Shown: piece after piece, positions 15,401 through 15,677 of the stretch
How positions within the stretch are numbered: the first letter of the stretch is position 1
Layout of the letters: the number at the start of each line of letters is the position of its first letter
Assembly (NCBI GenBank): GCA_041640075.1
Contig: JBEQAY010000025.1
Span: 1 to 15,677 of the forward strand
DNA: 15,677 nucleotides
Direction of reading: 5' to 3'
Source: Candidatus Nanohaloarchaea archaeon
Lineage (GTDB): Archaea; Nanohalarchaeota; Nanosalinia; Nanosalinales; Nanosalinaceae
Notes under the pieces: model-generated
Told to the model about the DNA's origin: nothing
What the model saw: the letters and a program-made list of their open reading frames with translations, nothing else
Databases searched by the model: none
Translations under genes and position numbers: made by a program

Positions 15401-15677
15401 AAGTAATAGATGCTAGAAAGACAGATACTAATGGAAATATAATTTTGACACTCAATGGATCAATGCCAACTAATATGACTCCTTTTGTAGACTTGACTGG
15501 CAGTATGTCAGATTTTCCGGAGCCAGAAAATGTCAGAGAGTCAGACAGTGTAGAAGCCAAAGACGGCCTCAGACCACTTATTGAGGATATAAGCTACCTG
15601 GATGAGGATGTTGACGGCACTCTGGATATGCTTGAGGTTGTCTTCAGTGAGCGCGTGAACTACACCAGGTTTGATGC
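12409..15677 (+). CDS. Large secreted acidic surface glycoprotein with Ca-binding-like repeats and Ig-like segments; >1089 aa, runs off the right edge
   Basis: Manually translated with no stop from ATG 12409 to the end (absent from ORF track). Signal peptide MREKGRESRLVYSFLVFLAVAIITFGSTASA|TE; many N-x-S/T sequons; DxDxDG-type loops (DDNNSDGHYD, DDNGDGDY, DGDQDG, DEDVDGTLD). Confidence 0.9.
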   Translation, partial: MREKGRESRLVYSFLVFLAVAIITFGSTASATEIKWSQDRVDGTYIAPGGQGELVNFTIKDGGDILLRNTTNPGKTVSSFKSNRTVFLNQSFETESGLNGYDSGDDIVRIELLSSGGLNETFDGYKVLNFSSETLFSDGGVNSNAVFDGDMGTGEKSEIVLRDNGTTNGELDSSDFVVSGGHMNLSNFSEKVTFTDASGDSLYNGSEAIIEHSSKSDRFTLDGSDNILKSGDAGIKSFDNDGDLRYFGNDSSEFFSNMAIIDSGDNYLEDTSNIVRNGSVEMVDASTHLLSYFNSSGSSSPIFDNEGEPIYREELPQDNFVNLSETRLGEVEVISDTDSDPNNVELNLTVPMKINSSWDNVSSNDLGKELYPVWSNLTGYGSDGSFRVYEFSDNGVSGDGVWNPDEGTAGDQDILVYDKEGGPQITSGDVLLYNEDPSNNNISIEVGEEFGEDPPSDFSGDYTVNTEVGFDDNNSDGHYDPGNESVLINVSYGSDYNVVQISNKSELPALDSSANFTEKGEFKFWNSSKTGSGTGEPVTDGLYVDMNDTGNVSHGDLRLGRWKFTEPAGNVSKNDLDLGTKLTDFSEASDVKFIDDNGDGDYTAFSGSEAGNKSVREAMVVSDNSFINSSDDLVRAGRAGLQKFSNSNIEYFNLGSGEYQEESAIIKNKDESGILEREDKVLVPGNASLDNFSKSTKFVETGNERGFEQDSNESIIFDGDQDGFIERGNLSSGEHKVLRDGEANLMNFSQPPEVEERSGLVYIDRNSTGQYNAGEDIFNLTLVTHGGSGSSISNTTVYNFANTTRHNGTGLYQDGDVVVNDTDDNQVYKDVLEDLTLENIFTSSSSYEEPLSDEEVTDGLKLFAKGEEIATLTSSGSKYSWSSAGIEYPISGDTIFNVNFSAKSKDQLGSRAYGLKFETNSVDTKGESLTRLDCVGQCPQRFVDAHPPEFGSAYTGTDGGGNNSNRDEIFIEIIEQGAGLNPGSFNSEDFEINSSKFEVIDARKTDTNGNIILTLNGSMPTNMTPFVDLTGSMSDFPEPENVRESDSVEAKDGLRPLIEDISYLDEDVDGTLDMLEVVFSERVNYTRFD

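Noticed and set aside
203..15560. Short antisense and alternate-frame ORFs in the track (e.g. 203..418, 382..681, 3740..4183, 8238..8597, 12780..13205, 15243..15560)
   Set aside because: Shadows of well-supported genes, with no motifs or expression signals.

Overview
Archaeal chromosomal window. The very acidic proteins and compact gene set suggest a halophilic DPANN organism, most likely Nanohaloarchaeota (inference). It spans a replication origin with several ORB elements and an AT-rich unwinding segment, followed by cdc6/orc1 and both PolD subunits (DP1, DP2). Left of the origin, on the minus strand, lie a partial GT4 glycosyltransferase and a possible small membrane peptide. Downstream of PolD are a CBS+Zn-ribbon protein, an operon of three divergent paralogous proteins of unknown function preceded by a perfect palindrome, a K-turn hairpin RNA that fits an H/ACA guide for 23S helix 69, DUF167, archaeal DnaG, tRNA-Thr(CGT) with a 66-nt intron, a DUF2582-like winged-helix protein, and the start of a >1089-aa secreted repeat glycoprotein absent from the ORF track. 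The most notable observations are: (i) the paralogous triplet operon; (ii) three genes whose strong Shine-Dalgarno motifs point to non-canonical starts (CTG, ATT, ATT), including cdc6, whose CTG overlaps the stop of a probable leaderless uORF; (iii) the H/ACA-like RNA, which is also complementary to the 3' splice site of the nearby pre-tRNA.
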